Part shown: piece by piece, positions 43,618 through 52,571 of the stretch | Layout of the letters: each line of letters opens with the position of its first letter | How positions within the stretch are numbered: the stretch's first letter is position 1 | Source: Candidatus Falkowbacteria bacterium | Lineage (GTDB): Bacteria > Patescibacteriota > Patescibacteriia > Patescibacteriales > UBA12465 | Length of the DNA: 64,000 bases | Reading direction: 5' to 3' | NCBI GenBank assembly: GCA_026396875.1 | Contig: JAPLVY010000004.1 | Span: forward strand, 10,828-74,827 | Program-made: the position numbers and the translations under genes | The notes under the pieces: model-generated | Databases searched by the model: none | The model's input: the letters and a program-made list of their open reading frames with translations, nothing else | What the model was told of the DNA's origin: nothing

Positions 43618-45441
43618 ATGAATAGAAGTGAAAAAATCAGAAATTTTTGTATTATTGCCCATATTGACCATGGCAAGTCCACACTAGCCGACAGAATGTT
43701 GGAAGTCACTAACACCGTCGATAAGCGGAAGATGAAAGATCAAATCCTAGACGGAATGGACATTGAGCGTGAACGCGGTATTACAATCAAGCTTCAGCCA
43801 GTCACCATGGACTTCGAGGGTTATCAGTTAAATTTAATTGACACCCCTGGTCATGTCGACTTTTCTTACGAAGTTTCCCGTTCATTAGCCGCTGTTGAAA
43901 CGGCGGTTTTATTGGTGGACTGTACGCAGGGGATTCAAGCACAAACTCTTGCCAACCTATACCTGGCTTTGGAGCAAGATTTAACCATTATCCCAGTAGT
44001 TAACAAGATCGATTTGCCGGCGGCCGATGTCCCTAAAACCAAGGCGGAAATTATCAAATTAATTGGCTGCAAAGAGGATGAGATTCTATGTGCTTCCGGG
44101 AAAACTGGCGAAGGAGTTGAGGATATTTTACATTCAGTAATCAAAAACGGCCCCAGTCCAAAAAGCTCTCCAACCAAAAATCCGCAACTTTCTCGTGCTC
44201 TGATTTTTGACTCCAAATATGATGAATATAAAGGGGTGGTGGCGTATGTCAGAGTTTTTAATGGTAGTATCAAAAAAGGAGACAAAATTCGCTTGATTAT
44301 CGCAGAAGCGGAGAGCGAAGTTCTAGATATTGGTATTTTTAAACCCGACTATCTTTCTACGGGCGAATTAAAAGAAGGAGAAATCGGCTACATCATTACT
44401 GGCTTTAAGCAAGTTGGTGATTGTCGTGTCGGCGACACTATTAGCACGGCGCATAGCCAGAATGACCTAAAAGAATTAGAGGCTTTACATGGTTATCAAG
44501 AGGTAAAGCCGATGGTCTTTGCTGGAGTTTTTCCACGCGAAGGCAGTGACTTTAAAGAACTTAGAGAGGCAATGGAAAGATTAAAGCTCAATGATGCAGC
44601 TTTGGCCTATGAACCGGAAAGATCGGACGCACTGGGACTTGGTTTCCGTTGTGGTTTCTTGGGGCTGCTTCATCTGGAGGTTTTTCAGGAGAGATTAAGA
44701 AGGGAATATGACCTGGATTTAATCGTTACCGTGCCAAGCGTCGCCTATCAAGTTTTAAAAAGCGACGGCGAAGAGATTGTCGTTCGCACGCCACAGCGCT
44801 TGCCAGATCCAACCGAAATAAATATTATCCGCGAGCCTTGGGTAAAACTTGATGTGATTACGCCCAAAGTTTATATGGGTAACATCATGAAAGTTTCCCA
44901 GGAGAAGCGAGGAGTTTACAAGAATACCGAATATCTTTCTGCCGAAGGAGATGATGCCAGAGTCATGCTTCACTATGAAATTCCGATGTCCGCGATTTTA
45001 ACTGATTTTTATGATAAGATTAAAAGTGTCTCTTCGGGTTACGCCTCTTTGAACTACGAATTTTTTGATTATCGTGAAGCGGATGTGGTAAAAATGGATA
45101 TCATGGTTGCCGAGGAAATGGTGGAGGCGCTATCGACTATTGTGTATCGCGACGATGCCTTTCGCGAAGGCAAAGAAATTGTTAAAATACTCAAAGACAC
45201 TCTTCCCAAGCAGATGTTTGTCCTCAAGCTCCAGGCTTCTATCGGCGCTAAAGTTATTGCCGCTGAAAGAATTAGTGCGATGAGAAAGGATGTTACTGCC
45301 AAATTATACGGCGGCGATGTTTCTCGAAAAAGAAAACTCTTGGAAAAACAGAAAAAGGGAAAGAAAAAAATGATGGCCGCCGGCAAGGGCAGTGTAGAAA
45401 TTCCGCCGGATACTTTTGTTAAGATTTTAAAAAGACAATAA
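43618..45441 (+). CDS. lepA: translation elongation factor 4 (LepA)
   Basis: IRNFCIIAHIDHGKSTLADR, DTPGHVDF, NKIDL and the LepA-specific C-terminal domain are present. Confidence 0.95.
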   Translation: MNRSEKIRNFCIIAHIDHGKSTLADRMLEVTNTVDKRKMKDQILDGMDIERERGITIKLQPVTMDFEGYQLNLIDTPGHVDFSYEVSRSLAAVETAVLLVDCTQGIQAQTLANLYLALEQDLTIIPVVNKIDLPAADVPKTKAEIIKLIGCKEDEILCASGKTGEGVEDILHSVIKNGPSPKSSPTKNPQLSRALIFDSKYDEYKGVVAYVRVFNGSIKKGDKIRLIIAEAESEVLDIGIFKPDYLSTGELKEGEIGYIITGFKQVGDCRVGDTISTAHSQNDLKELEALHGYQEVKPMVFAGVFPREGSDFKELREAMERLKLNDAALAYEPERSDALGLGFRCGFLGLLHLEVFQERLRREYDLDLIVTVPSVAYQVLKSDGEEIVVRTPQRLPDPTEINIIREPWVKLDVITPKVYMGNIMKVSQEKRGVYKNTEYLSAEGDDARVMLHYEIPMSAILTDFYDKIKSVSSGYASLNYEFFDYREADVVKMDIMVAEEMVEALSTIVYRDDAFREGKEIVKILKDTLPKQMFVLKLQASIGAKVIAAERISAMRKDVTAKLYGGDVSRKRKLLEKQKKGKKKMMAAGKGSVEIPPDTFVKILKRQ

Positions 45442-45447
45442 TACTTT

Positions 45448-45555
45448 ATGAAAATTAAAAGAAAGAAAATGATGCGTATCTTCTGGATTTTTATCTCCCT
45501 AATGGTGATAATTTCCATGGTCGCTTGGACTTTCGGCTCAATCTTCTATTATTGA
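45448..45555 (+). CDS. possible 35-aa small membrane protein
   Basis: Not in the track because it is under 60 aa. MKIKRKKMMRIFWIFISLMVIISMVAWTFGSIFYY has a basic N-terminus plus one TM helix. It fills the lepA-recJ spacer. Confidence 0.3.
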   Translation: MKIKRKKMMRIFWIFISLMVIISMVAWTFGSIFYY

Positions 45556-45571
45556 TTCTCCCAACTGATAT

Positions 45572-47311
45572 ATGTCAAAAATTTGGCAGTCTTATGCCGC
45601 AGCGCCGGAAGATTTTTTTGCCGAAAATGATGGGCTATCACCAGTGATGGCTCAATTGTTGTATAACCGCGGCTTAAAGAACGAAGAAGAGATTGAGGCA
45701 TTTTTGGATCCAGAATCTGGATTCAACGATCCTTTTTTGTTCAAAGACATGGAGGCAGCAGTCAATCTGCTGATTGATAAAATTAAGGCTGGTGAAAAAA
45801 TTATTGTCTATGGAGATTATGATGCTGACGGAATCACTGCTGCCGCAGTGTTGATGGAAACTCTGAGAATTCTTAAGGCTAAAGTCGAAGTGTATCTTCC
45901 CGACAGGGTTAGCGAGGGCTATGGATTAAACCGTGACGCCCTTGATCAAGTAATTGCCGCCGGCGCCAAACTAGTGATCACTGTAGATACGGGAATCCGC
46001 AACAAAGAAGAGGTTGCATATGCCAAGAGCAAGGGCTTACAAGTAATTATTACTGATCACCATACTTTACCAGAAAATGAAGAAGATCTGCCTGATTGTT
46101 TAATTATTAATCCAGCAGACAGGCGCAATGCCTATCCTTTCCGTTTTCTTGCTGGTGTCGGTACTTCTTTTAAGGTGGCCAGTGCCATTGTTTCGCGCTC
46201 AAAATTATCAGATGAACAGAAGCATTATTTGCTAGAAAGGTTGCTCGATTTGGTTGCTATCGGTACAGTGGCGGATATGGTGACTTTGATGGGTGAAAAT
46301 CGCACCTTGGTCAGTCGCGGCCTGGAAGTTTTAAATAATACCAAGCGCCCTGGACTTCAGGAGTTAATTAAGGTTTCTAAACTTGATGCCCTACGCCGTT
46401 TGGAATCCTGGAATATTGGTTTCCAAATAGGTCCACGCTTAAATGCAGCCAGTCGAATGGACCACGCCAACAATGCTTTTGCTCTTTTGATTTGTGAGGA
46501 CAAACAGAAGGCCGAAGTAATTGCCAAAGAATTAAATACCAGGAATGGTGATCGTCAAAAAATTACCGAGACTGCTGTTGGTGAAGCAAGAGCACAAATC
46601 GATAAACAATTTGCCGCCGGGGAGAAGTTTTTCTTGGCCGCCGTCTCTGATAGCGAAAAGATTTGGAGCGAGGGCATTATTGGTTTAGTTGCTGGCAAGA
46701 TTTGTGAGCGCTACTATCGGCCAACAATTGTCGTCACTCACACTGAAGACGGATTCAAAGGCTCAGGAAGGTCAATAGAAGAGTTTAATCTCATCGAAGC
46801 GATCGAAGAAGCGGCAGCTAGCGAAGATGGTCTGGTGGATAAATACGGTGGTCATCCAATGGCCTGCGGTTTCAGCCTGCTTAGTCAGGAAAAACTAGAC
46901 CGCTTTGTTCTTAAATTAGAAGAAATTTCTGCTAGAAAACTAAAGGGAATTAATCTGGTGCCAAAAATAAAAATTGAAGCCGAGATTCCTTTGTCAGCGG
47001 TTAACGAAGGTCTCTTGGCAGAGATTTCTCTCCTTTCACCGTTTGGTCAAAATAATCCCCAGCCAAAATTTTCTACTCATGGCCTAAAGATTATCGAGGC
47101 TTTTTATATGGGGATAGATGGTCAGCACGTTAAATTCCGCTTGGCCGACGAAGAAGGCTTTAGCTTATGGGCGATTTCTTTCGGCGGCACAGAGACCTAT
47201 AAACACTGTGAAGTTGGGGATTTTGTGGACTTGGCATTTTTCGCGGAATGGAATGATTTTAATGGTCGTCGAGAAATTCAATTAAAAATAATTGATTTGA
47301 AAAAAATATGA
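45572..47311 (+). CDS. recJ: single-stranded-DNA-specific exonuclease RecJ
   Basis: DHH motifs are VYGDYDADGITA, TVDTG and ITDHH. A DHHA1 region with GGH follows. Confidence 0.9.
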   Translation: MSKIWQSYAAAPEDFFAENDGLSPVMAQLLYNRGLKNEEEIEAFLDPESGFNDPFLFKDMEAAVNLLIDKIKAGEKIIVYGDYDADGITAAAVLMETLRILKAKVEVYLPDRVSEGYGLNRDALDQVIAAGAKLVITVDTGIRNKEEVAYAKSKGLQVIITDHHTLPENEEDLPDCLIINPADRRNAYPFRFLAGVGTSFKVASAIVSRSKLSDEQKHYLLERLLDLVAIGTVADMVTLMGENRTLVSRGLEVLNNTKRPGLQELIKVSKLDALRRLESWNIGFQIGPRLNAASRMDHANNAFALLICEDKQKAEVIAKELNTRNGDRQKITETAVGEARAQIDKQFAAGEKFFLAAVSDSEKIWSEGIIGLVAGKICERYYRPTIVVTHTEDGFKGSGRSIEEFNLIEAIEEAAASEDGLVDKYGGHPMACGFSLLSQEKLDRFVLKLEEISARKLKGINLVPKIKIEAEIPLSAVNEGLLAEISLLSPFGQNNPQPKFSTHGLKIIEAFYMGIDGQHVKFRLADEEGFSLWAISFGGTETYKHCEVGDFVDLAFFAEWNDFNGRREIQLKIIDLKKI

Positions 47312-47712
47312 AACTAATTTCTTTTACCGACGGTGGCGCGCGTGGCAATCCTGGTCCAGCTGGTGTCGGCGGCGTTTTGTATAATGATCAGAAAGTTTTG
47401 GTGGAAAAATTATCCCGCTATTTAGGAGAAACCACTAATAATCAAGCCGAATATCGAGCCTTGATTATGGCAGTAGAAAAAGCAAAAGATTTGGGGGCTG
47501 ACGAACTAGAATGTTTTCTGGATAGCGAATTAGTGGTCAAGCAGTTGAATCGTGAATATAAAGTTAAGAATCAAGAACTGGCACCGCTATTTCTTAAGAT
47601 TCACAATCTCTCTCTCGGTTTTAAAAAAATTACTTTTCATCACATACCGAGAGAAAAGAATAAAGAAGCGGATGCTTTAGCTAACGAGGCGATGGATCGC
47701 ATGAAAGATTAA
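47308..47712 (+). CDS. rnhA: ribonuclease HI
   Basis: FTDGGARGNPGPAGVG, NNQAEYRALI, DSELVVKQL and NKEADALAN are present. Its start overlaps the recJ stop (ATGA). Confidence 0.85.
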   Translation: MKLISFTDGGARGNPGPAGVGGVLYNDQKVLVEKLSRYLGETTNNQAEYRALIMAVEKAKDLGADELECFLDSELVVKQLNREYKVKNQELAPLFLKIHNLSLGFKKITFHHIPREKNKEADALANEAMDRMKD

Positions 47713-47720
47713 AAAATATG

Positions 47721-47753
47721 AAAAAAGACTGGCGAGAAACCAGTCTTTTTTTG
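47721..47753. terminator. bidirectional terminator between rnhA and the convergent pilin-M15 gene
   Basis: aaaaaagactgg-cgagaaa-ccagtcttttttt. Confidence 0.6.
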
Positions 47754-47768
47754 TCTAATAAATCAAAA

Positions 47769-49160
47769 TTAAGGGGAGCAGGCTTTTCCCGGCGGCATGC
47801 CATATTGAAAGTGCCACCATTCTCCGCAATATCTAACCCAGCCAGCTTTTTTCATGATATCTTGTAATTTCTTTACATTATCATCAGAATAAGTTGCGTT
47901 GGCAGCACTAAGCTTCGAGCAGGAGGCAGTTCCTTTGATACAAATATCCACAGCTACACCAGCACAGTGGCTATAACATTTATTTCCCGTGCAGTTCGCC
48001 GGATCAGCAACATATTTTCTGGTCTTTGCGGCATCGCCCCCGAATTTTGCTAATTGTTCGTCCCAAAGTCTTTTTTGTGTATTATAGCCTCGGTTAGCAC
48101 TGGTAACTTCAAGCTGTACGCCCTGCTTGCTAGCTTCTTCTATAGCTTTATCTAAGCCGCTTACTGCATCGGCTGATAGTCGCGGGTCACTAGCGACGGT
48201 TGTTAGCTTACTCTTGATGCTTACCAATTGACTGTCACTCAGACAACTCGCTCCGCCAGCAGCGTTGGTTTGGCTGTCACTACCATCAAGAACTGGGTCT
48301 AATTTCTCGATATATCCGATGACTAGTGGTTTCAAAATTAAAATATCGGGATTAATAATGGAGATTAGCATGTAAGAAGAAAACATGATCACCAAACCGC
48401 TGATGCTGCCAAAAATCATTTCTTTGGCGGTCTTCATTCGCGAAGCATTGCTTCCGGAAATTAACCAGATTATACCGCCAGCCATCATGGTTACTGCGGC
48501 GATTGAGCCGATTATAATAAGAGCGTAGTTATAGATAGCGACCAAGTATTGACCGATCCAAGGGACAACGCAGGTCGCATTGCCAGCCGCTCCTTCACAG
48601 TTTACTTTTGGGCAAGTGTATTTTTTTGTGCTCTGATCATATTTACACCCCATTGAGTCATAAAGGCCGGGGACTGGTACATTCAAATCATCAAAGGGGT
48701 TATTGAGAATTGCCGCTGGCTTGGCATCAAGCGCTGGTGTGCCGCAGCAACAAATGAAACTACCTCTGTCGGTAGCTGCTGGACGATCGCCGTGTCCTGA
48801 GTCTGAGCAGGTTTTGTCGGGAAGGATTGGGATCAGCGAATTGTTTGAACATTTTCCCGCTAAATCAGCTACCTGCCAAGAACAATCTTTTCGCACGGTA
48901 ATACCAATTGAAGCTGGGTCACAGCAACATTCCGCAAAAACACTTGGCGCGGTCAATCCTTGTCCGGTGCAGACAGAATTCTCTTGCGCAGTGTAGCCAA
49001 CATAGCTTGCCCCAGGGCAGTGAGTGGTGTTTGGCGGAATAACGATTGGGCTAACCCAAGCACAGTTTCCCGCGTTGGCTTTATTCCCAAAACTAAAAAC
49101 AAAACCCGTAAGCAATAAGGCTAGAAGTATTAGATAATTTTTATTTTTTTCTCTTCTCAT
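47769..49160 (-). CDS. secreted Cys-rich / T4SS-pilin-like (TrbC/VirB2-type) / VanY-M15 D,D-peptidase fusion protein
   Basis: The signal peptide ends ...FGNKANA-GN. Two CxW...C...C...CCC modules occupy aa 33-80 and 93-139. The pilin-like core is AAVTMMAGGIIWLISGSNASRMKTAKEMIFGSISGLVIMFSSYMLISIINP. The C-terminus has SANRGYNTQKRLW, HCAGVAVD and EWWHF (LAS/M15 Zn-peptidase pattern). Confidence 0.65.
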   Translation of the reverse strand: MRREKNKNYLILLALLLTGFVFSFGNKANAGNCAWVSPIVIPPNTTHCPGASYVGYTAQENSVCTGQGLTAPSVFAECCCDPASIGITVRKDCSWQVADLAGKCSNNSLIPILPDKTCSDSGHGDRPAATDRGSFICCCGTPALDAKPAAILNNPFDDLNVPVPGLYDSMGCKYDQSTKKYTCPKVNCEGAAGNATCVVPWIGQYLVAIYNYALIIIGSIAAVTMMAGGIIWLISGSNASRMKTAKEMIFGSISGLVIMFSSYMLISIINPDILILKPLVIGYIEKLDPVLDGSDSQTNAAGGASCLSDSQLVSIKSKLTTVASDPRLSADAVSGLDKAIEEASKQGVQLEVTSANRGYNTQKRLWDEQLAKFGGDAAKTRKYVADPANCTGNKCYSHCAGVAVDICIKGTASCSKLSAANATYSDDNVKKLQDIMKKAGWVRYCGEWWHFQYGMPPGKACSP

Positions 49161-50038
49161 TTTTGTTGGTATCTAACAATGTTCTCATTGGCAATTTTTT
49201 GAATTGTTTGAAGATCCTCTTCTTTAAGGTGCTTGAACCGGCCTTGAGTTTTTAGGTAGTCTGTGACTGGCTTAGCAATAAATCCAGTTTTAATGTTAGA
49301 AGAAACCAATTTTCCTTCGCGGTATTCGAGCAATGGGTAAAGCCCAGTTTCGGCCGCTAATTTACCCATCGACACTCCTTCATCAGTTCCTATTTTCCAA
49401 CCAGGCATACAGGGAGAAAGAATTTGAATATAAGTTGGTCCGTCTATTTCTAGAGCGGTTTTTACTTTTCTAGTGATATCGTCAGGGAAGCCAGCAGTGC
49501 TTTGAGCGATGTATTTTAAACCATGAGCAAGGGCAACCCCAATCATGTCTTTTTTTGTTTGTGTTGAGCCAATTGATTTTTCTCCATTGGGTGTGGTGGT
49601 GGTGGAGGCTCCATAAGGGGTTGCCCCGGAAGCCTGAATTCCAGTGTTTGAATAAGCTTCAGTGTCGTAACAAATATAGAGAATTCTTTCGTTCCTTTCC
49701 CACATGCCGCTTACCTGTCCAAAACCGATATCAAAAGTGCCACCATCTCCAGCTTGTACTACTACTGTGGGCATATTTTTTATCTTTTGTTTTTTGAGAG
49801 CCGCCAAAATTCCAGAAGCCACTGGAGCACTGCTCTCAAACAAAGTATGAATCCAAGGAATATTCCAAGCGCTTTGATTTCTAGAAGAAGAAGTCACTTC
49901 CAGACAACCGGTAGCGTTGGAAACAATGGTGTTTTCGTTTAGACCACGCATCACCGCTTGCACGGCAACTAGTTGTCCGCAGCCAGCGCAAGCGTTATGT
50001 CCGGGAAGAAGCAATTTTTTACTATAATCTTTTTTCAT
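49157..50038 (-). CDS. porB: 2-oxoacid (pyruvate-type):ferredoxin oxidoreductase beta subunit
   Basis: CAGCGQ, the TPP-binding GDGGTFDIG and YDTEAYSNTG are present. Its stop overlaps the start of the pilin-M15 gene (ATGA at 49157-49160). Confidence 0.85.
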   Translation of the reverse strand: MKKDYSKKLLLPGHNACAGCGQLVAVQAVMRGLNENTIVSNATGCLEVTSSSRNQSAWNIPWIHTLFESSAPVASGILAALKKQKIKNMPTVVVQAGDGGTFDIGFGQVSGMWERNERILYICYDTEAYSNTGIQASGATPYGASTTTTPNGEKSIGSTQTKKDMIGVALAHGLKYIAQSTAGFPDDITRKVKTALEIDGPTYIQILSPCMPGWKIGTDEGVSMGKLAAETGLYPLLEYREGKLVSSNIKTGFIAKPVTDYLKTQGRFKHLKEEDLQTIQKIANENIVRYQQK

Positions 50039-50080
50039 ATTTTTATTCTTTCTTTTTCACTTATTTCCTATAGCTTTTGA

Positions 50081-51394
50081 TTATTTTGTGGTGTTACAGC
50101 AATAATATTCAGGTTGGCAACTAGCGCCAAGGTTCCACATGTCTCGGTATAGTTCTTGGCCGGTCTTATCAACCAGACCGCATTTCTCATCTTTTTCTGT
50201 TCCCTCTTGGCTTTTGTAACAGCGACTTCCGGGTTTAGTGCCACAGGGCATGCCTGGACCCATTTGTCCGTAATGCGTGTAGCAAGTACCGCCATAACAT
50301 TCTCCATAACTTCTCGAGCCAGATTTGCAGTAGTCCCCCTCTTTAGCAGTTGAACAATCAAGAATGTTATTTTGGCATTCAGTTACAGCACTGCAGTTTC
50401 CCGTTTGAAAGGTAGCATTCTGGGTGCGACCCAAGCGGTCTTTGCAGAGACCGCTGCTAATATTTGTGCAGATTGTTTCCATTTTATTCAAATCGTCAAT
50501 TGGAGTCTTGATAACACAGCAACCAGCGGCAACGCAGGCGTTTCCTTCCTTAATGTAGCCAAATTTTCTTGCGCCACCAGCATCTTTGCAGGCGGAATCA
50601 GTTACCATTTCAGCATTATCTGGGTATTGGCAACAAATTAATTCTATACGCGCAATAATTGGCGTGACAATTGGATTTAATTTTATTAAAGCTGGATTGA
50701 TGGTGCTTAAAATCAAATAAGATCCATAGAGCAGGGCTACTCCCGCTAAGCTACCAAAAATCATTTCCTTGGCCTTGGTAACTCTACTTTCATTTCCAGC
50801 CGAAGTTAGCCAGAGTATTCCGCCTGCCATCAAAATCACTGCGGCGACAATTCCAACAATGGTTAGTAAATATTTATATACTGAGCCGATATAAATTGGC
50901 AATAAATCGCTAACCATTGATCTGGCACCAGTTTTGGGGTCAACAATGGGGTGACCGACGGTCACAGTATCGCCCTTGGTAAAGTATCCTGGGATGGAAA
51001 TTTGAGGCGTGAAAGAGGCGGAAGCATTTACCCCTGGAGTTTTTGGCGCAGGGATGTCGGTCATGTCCACATTTTCCGAAGGAGTCGGGGGAACACAATA
51101 GCCCTGTGTTCCAAGGGGAGCCTTAACGCAAATTAGGCCAGCACTGCAAGTAGAATTGTTTTGACAGGTGGCACCAGAGCCAGTTTGAATACATACACCA
51201 TAAGTTGTGCCATTAAACATTTGGCAATACAAATTAACATCGGTGCAATTGGCATTGCTTGTGCAGCTGTCCCCAAATGATCCTGCCGCTAAAGCATTAC
51301 TTCCGCCGGCGATTAAGCCGACAAGCAAAAAGCAGCCAATAATCCAATAGGCAAAAATTTTTTTTGCGTATTTTTTGTTTTTATTTTTCTCCAT
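50081..51394 (-). CDS. Cys-rich T4SS-pilin-like surface protein (paralog 2)
   Basis: A signal peptide and Cys-rich N-domain are followed by FTPQISIPG. The core is AAVILMAGGILWLTSAGNESRVTKAKEMIFGSLAGVALLYGSYLILSTINPALI. The C-terminal domain is Cys-rich with CC pairs (LICCQYP, AGCCVIK, EYYCCNTTK). Confidence 0.6.
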   Translation of the reverse strand: MEKNKNKKYAKKIFAYWIIGCFLLVGLIAGGSNALAAGSFGDSCTSNANCTDVNLYCQMFNGTTYGVCIQTGSGATCQNNSTCSAGLICVKAPLGTQGYCVPPTPSENVDMTDIPAPKTPGVNASASFTPQISIPGYFTKGDTVTVGHPIVDPKTGARSMVSDLLPIYIGSVYKYLLTIVGIVAAVILMAGGILWLTSAGNESRVTKAKEMIFGSLAGVALLYGSYLILSTINPALIKLNPIVTPIIARIELICCQYPDNAEMVTDSACKDAGGARKFGYIKEGNACVAAGCCVIKTPIDDLNKMETICTNISSGLCKDRLGRTQNATFQTGNCSAVTECQNNILDCSTAKEGDYCKSGSRSYGECYGGTCYTHYGQMGPGMPCGTKPGSRCYKSQEGTEKDEKCGLVDKTGQELYRDMWNLGASCQPEYYCCNTTK

Positions 51395-51444
51395 ATCTTT
51401 TTGGTACCAGAAAATATTGTTTTAATGATTGAAAATAATATCCT

Positions 51445-52563
51445 TTAGTCCTTAGTACAACAGCGCAGGTTTGGTCCACAGTTGCGTCCACCAACTTGAT
51501 CCCAGCTATAACCGGAAGGGCAAGAGGAAGGCAAGCAGTGGCTGGTTGGTGTTTCATTGCCGCAAGGTTCATTAGCCTCTCCTACATTATTGCCTTGAAA
51601 ATCGCTAGTCCAGCAAACTTCGTCATAGCATGTTCCACTATGAGGGCAGTCATCTCCATTGGATTTGCCGACACAATAATGATATTTAAGCATTGCTTGA
51701 TCTTGGTTGCACCAGTAGCCAATACAGTATTCGGGGTGCGGTTGGTAGATGCAGTAATTGGCGCCCTGGTCAGAATTTGCTACATCAGCGTAGTTATCGC
51801 CACAAGCAGCACAAGGACCAGCACCGGGGCCATCTATACCAAGGTAAGTGGCCCATTTGCAGTTCACGTATGCGCCGTTATTATTTGTTTGGCAGCAGCA
51901 TTGGACATTGGGTTCGTTGGTGAACTCTGTTTTGTCGGCGGAGCATTTGGTGACCCCGGCTTCAATTTTACCCAGACACTTATTATCTTTCCAGATGCAA
52001 TATGGTAAAGTCACACAGGTCTCCTGGGTTTTTAATTCACTGCAGGTGGTTATTGGTGCTGTTTGGACATCTTTGCGAGCGATGCTTGGCGATTGTATTG
52101 GTTTTAATTCAATCAGCGCAGGATTGATGGTTGCAAGAATCAGGTAAGAACCGTATAGCAGGGCTACTCCTGTTAAACTGCCAAAAATCATTCCCTTCGC
52201 TTTGGTAATTTTACTTTCGTTTCCAGCGGAAGTCATCCACAAAATACCTCCAGCCATTAGAATTACCGCCGCCAGAATCCCCACAATTGCTAAGGCATAT
52301 TGGTAGAAAGCGCCCACATAACGAGGAAGCAAAGAACTTTGTGAATAAAATACTCCTTTTATTTCTGTCTCTCCGCCGACATTAACGGCAGTACCTTTTT
52401 GAAATTCAGTAGTTGGCAGAGATATTTGCGGAGTGAATTGAATATCGCCGACTGAAATGGCCAAAGCGTTAGCACTAACAAACAAGGAGCCGGCTATTAT
52501 TATATAAATAATAAATAAATAGCGAAATTTTTTTTTCTCAAATATTTTTTTTAGATTTTTCAT
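51445..52563 (-). CDS. Cys-rich T4SS-pilin-like surface protein (paralog 1)
   Basis: A signal peptide is followed by FTPQISLP. The core is AAVILMAGGILWMTSAGNESKITKAKGMIFGSLTGVALLYGSYLILATINPALI. The C-terminal domain is Cys-rich (VQCCCQTN, LRCCTKD). Confidence 0.6.
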   Translation of the reverse strand: MKNLKKIFEKKKFRYLFIIYIIIAGSLFVSANALAISVGDIQFTPQISLPTTEFQKGTAVNVGGETEIKGVFYSQSSLLPRYVGAFYQYALAIVGILAAVILMAGGILWMTSAGNESKITKAKGMIFGSLTGVALLYGSYLILATINPALIELKPIQSPSIARKDVQTAPITTCSELKTQETCVTLPYCIWKDNKCLGKIEAGVTKCSADKTEFTNEPNVQCCCQTNNNGAYVNCKWATYLGIDGPGAGPCAACGDNYADVANSDQGANYCIYQPHPEYCIGYWCNQDQAMLKYHYCVGKSNGDDCPHSGTCYDEVCWTSDFQGNNVGEANEPCGNETPTSHCLPSSCPSGYSWDQVGGRNCGPNLRCCTKD

Positions 52564-52571
52564 AATCGCGT

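Noticed and set aside
45069-45518. 149-aa minus-strand ORF
   Set aside because: It is antisense to the conserved lepA 3' end and has a low-complexity hydrophobic translation.
51496-52008. 170-aa plus-strand ORF, and several others at 50156-50641 and 51693-52147
   Set aside because: They lie antisense within the Cys-rich pilin-like genes. The minus-strand frames have signal peptides, TM cores and paralogy, whereas these frames have none.
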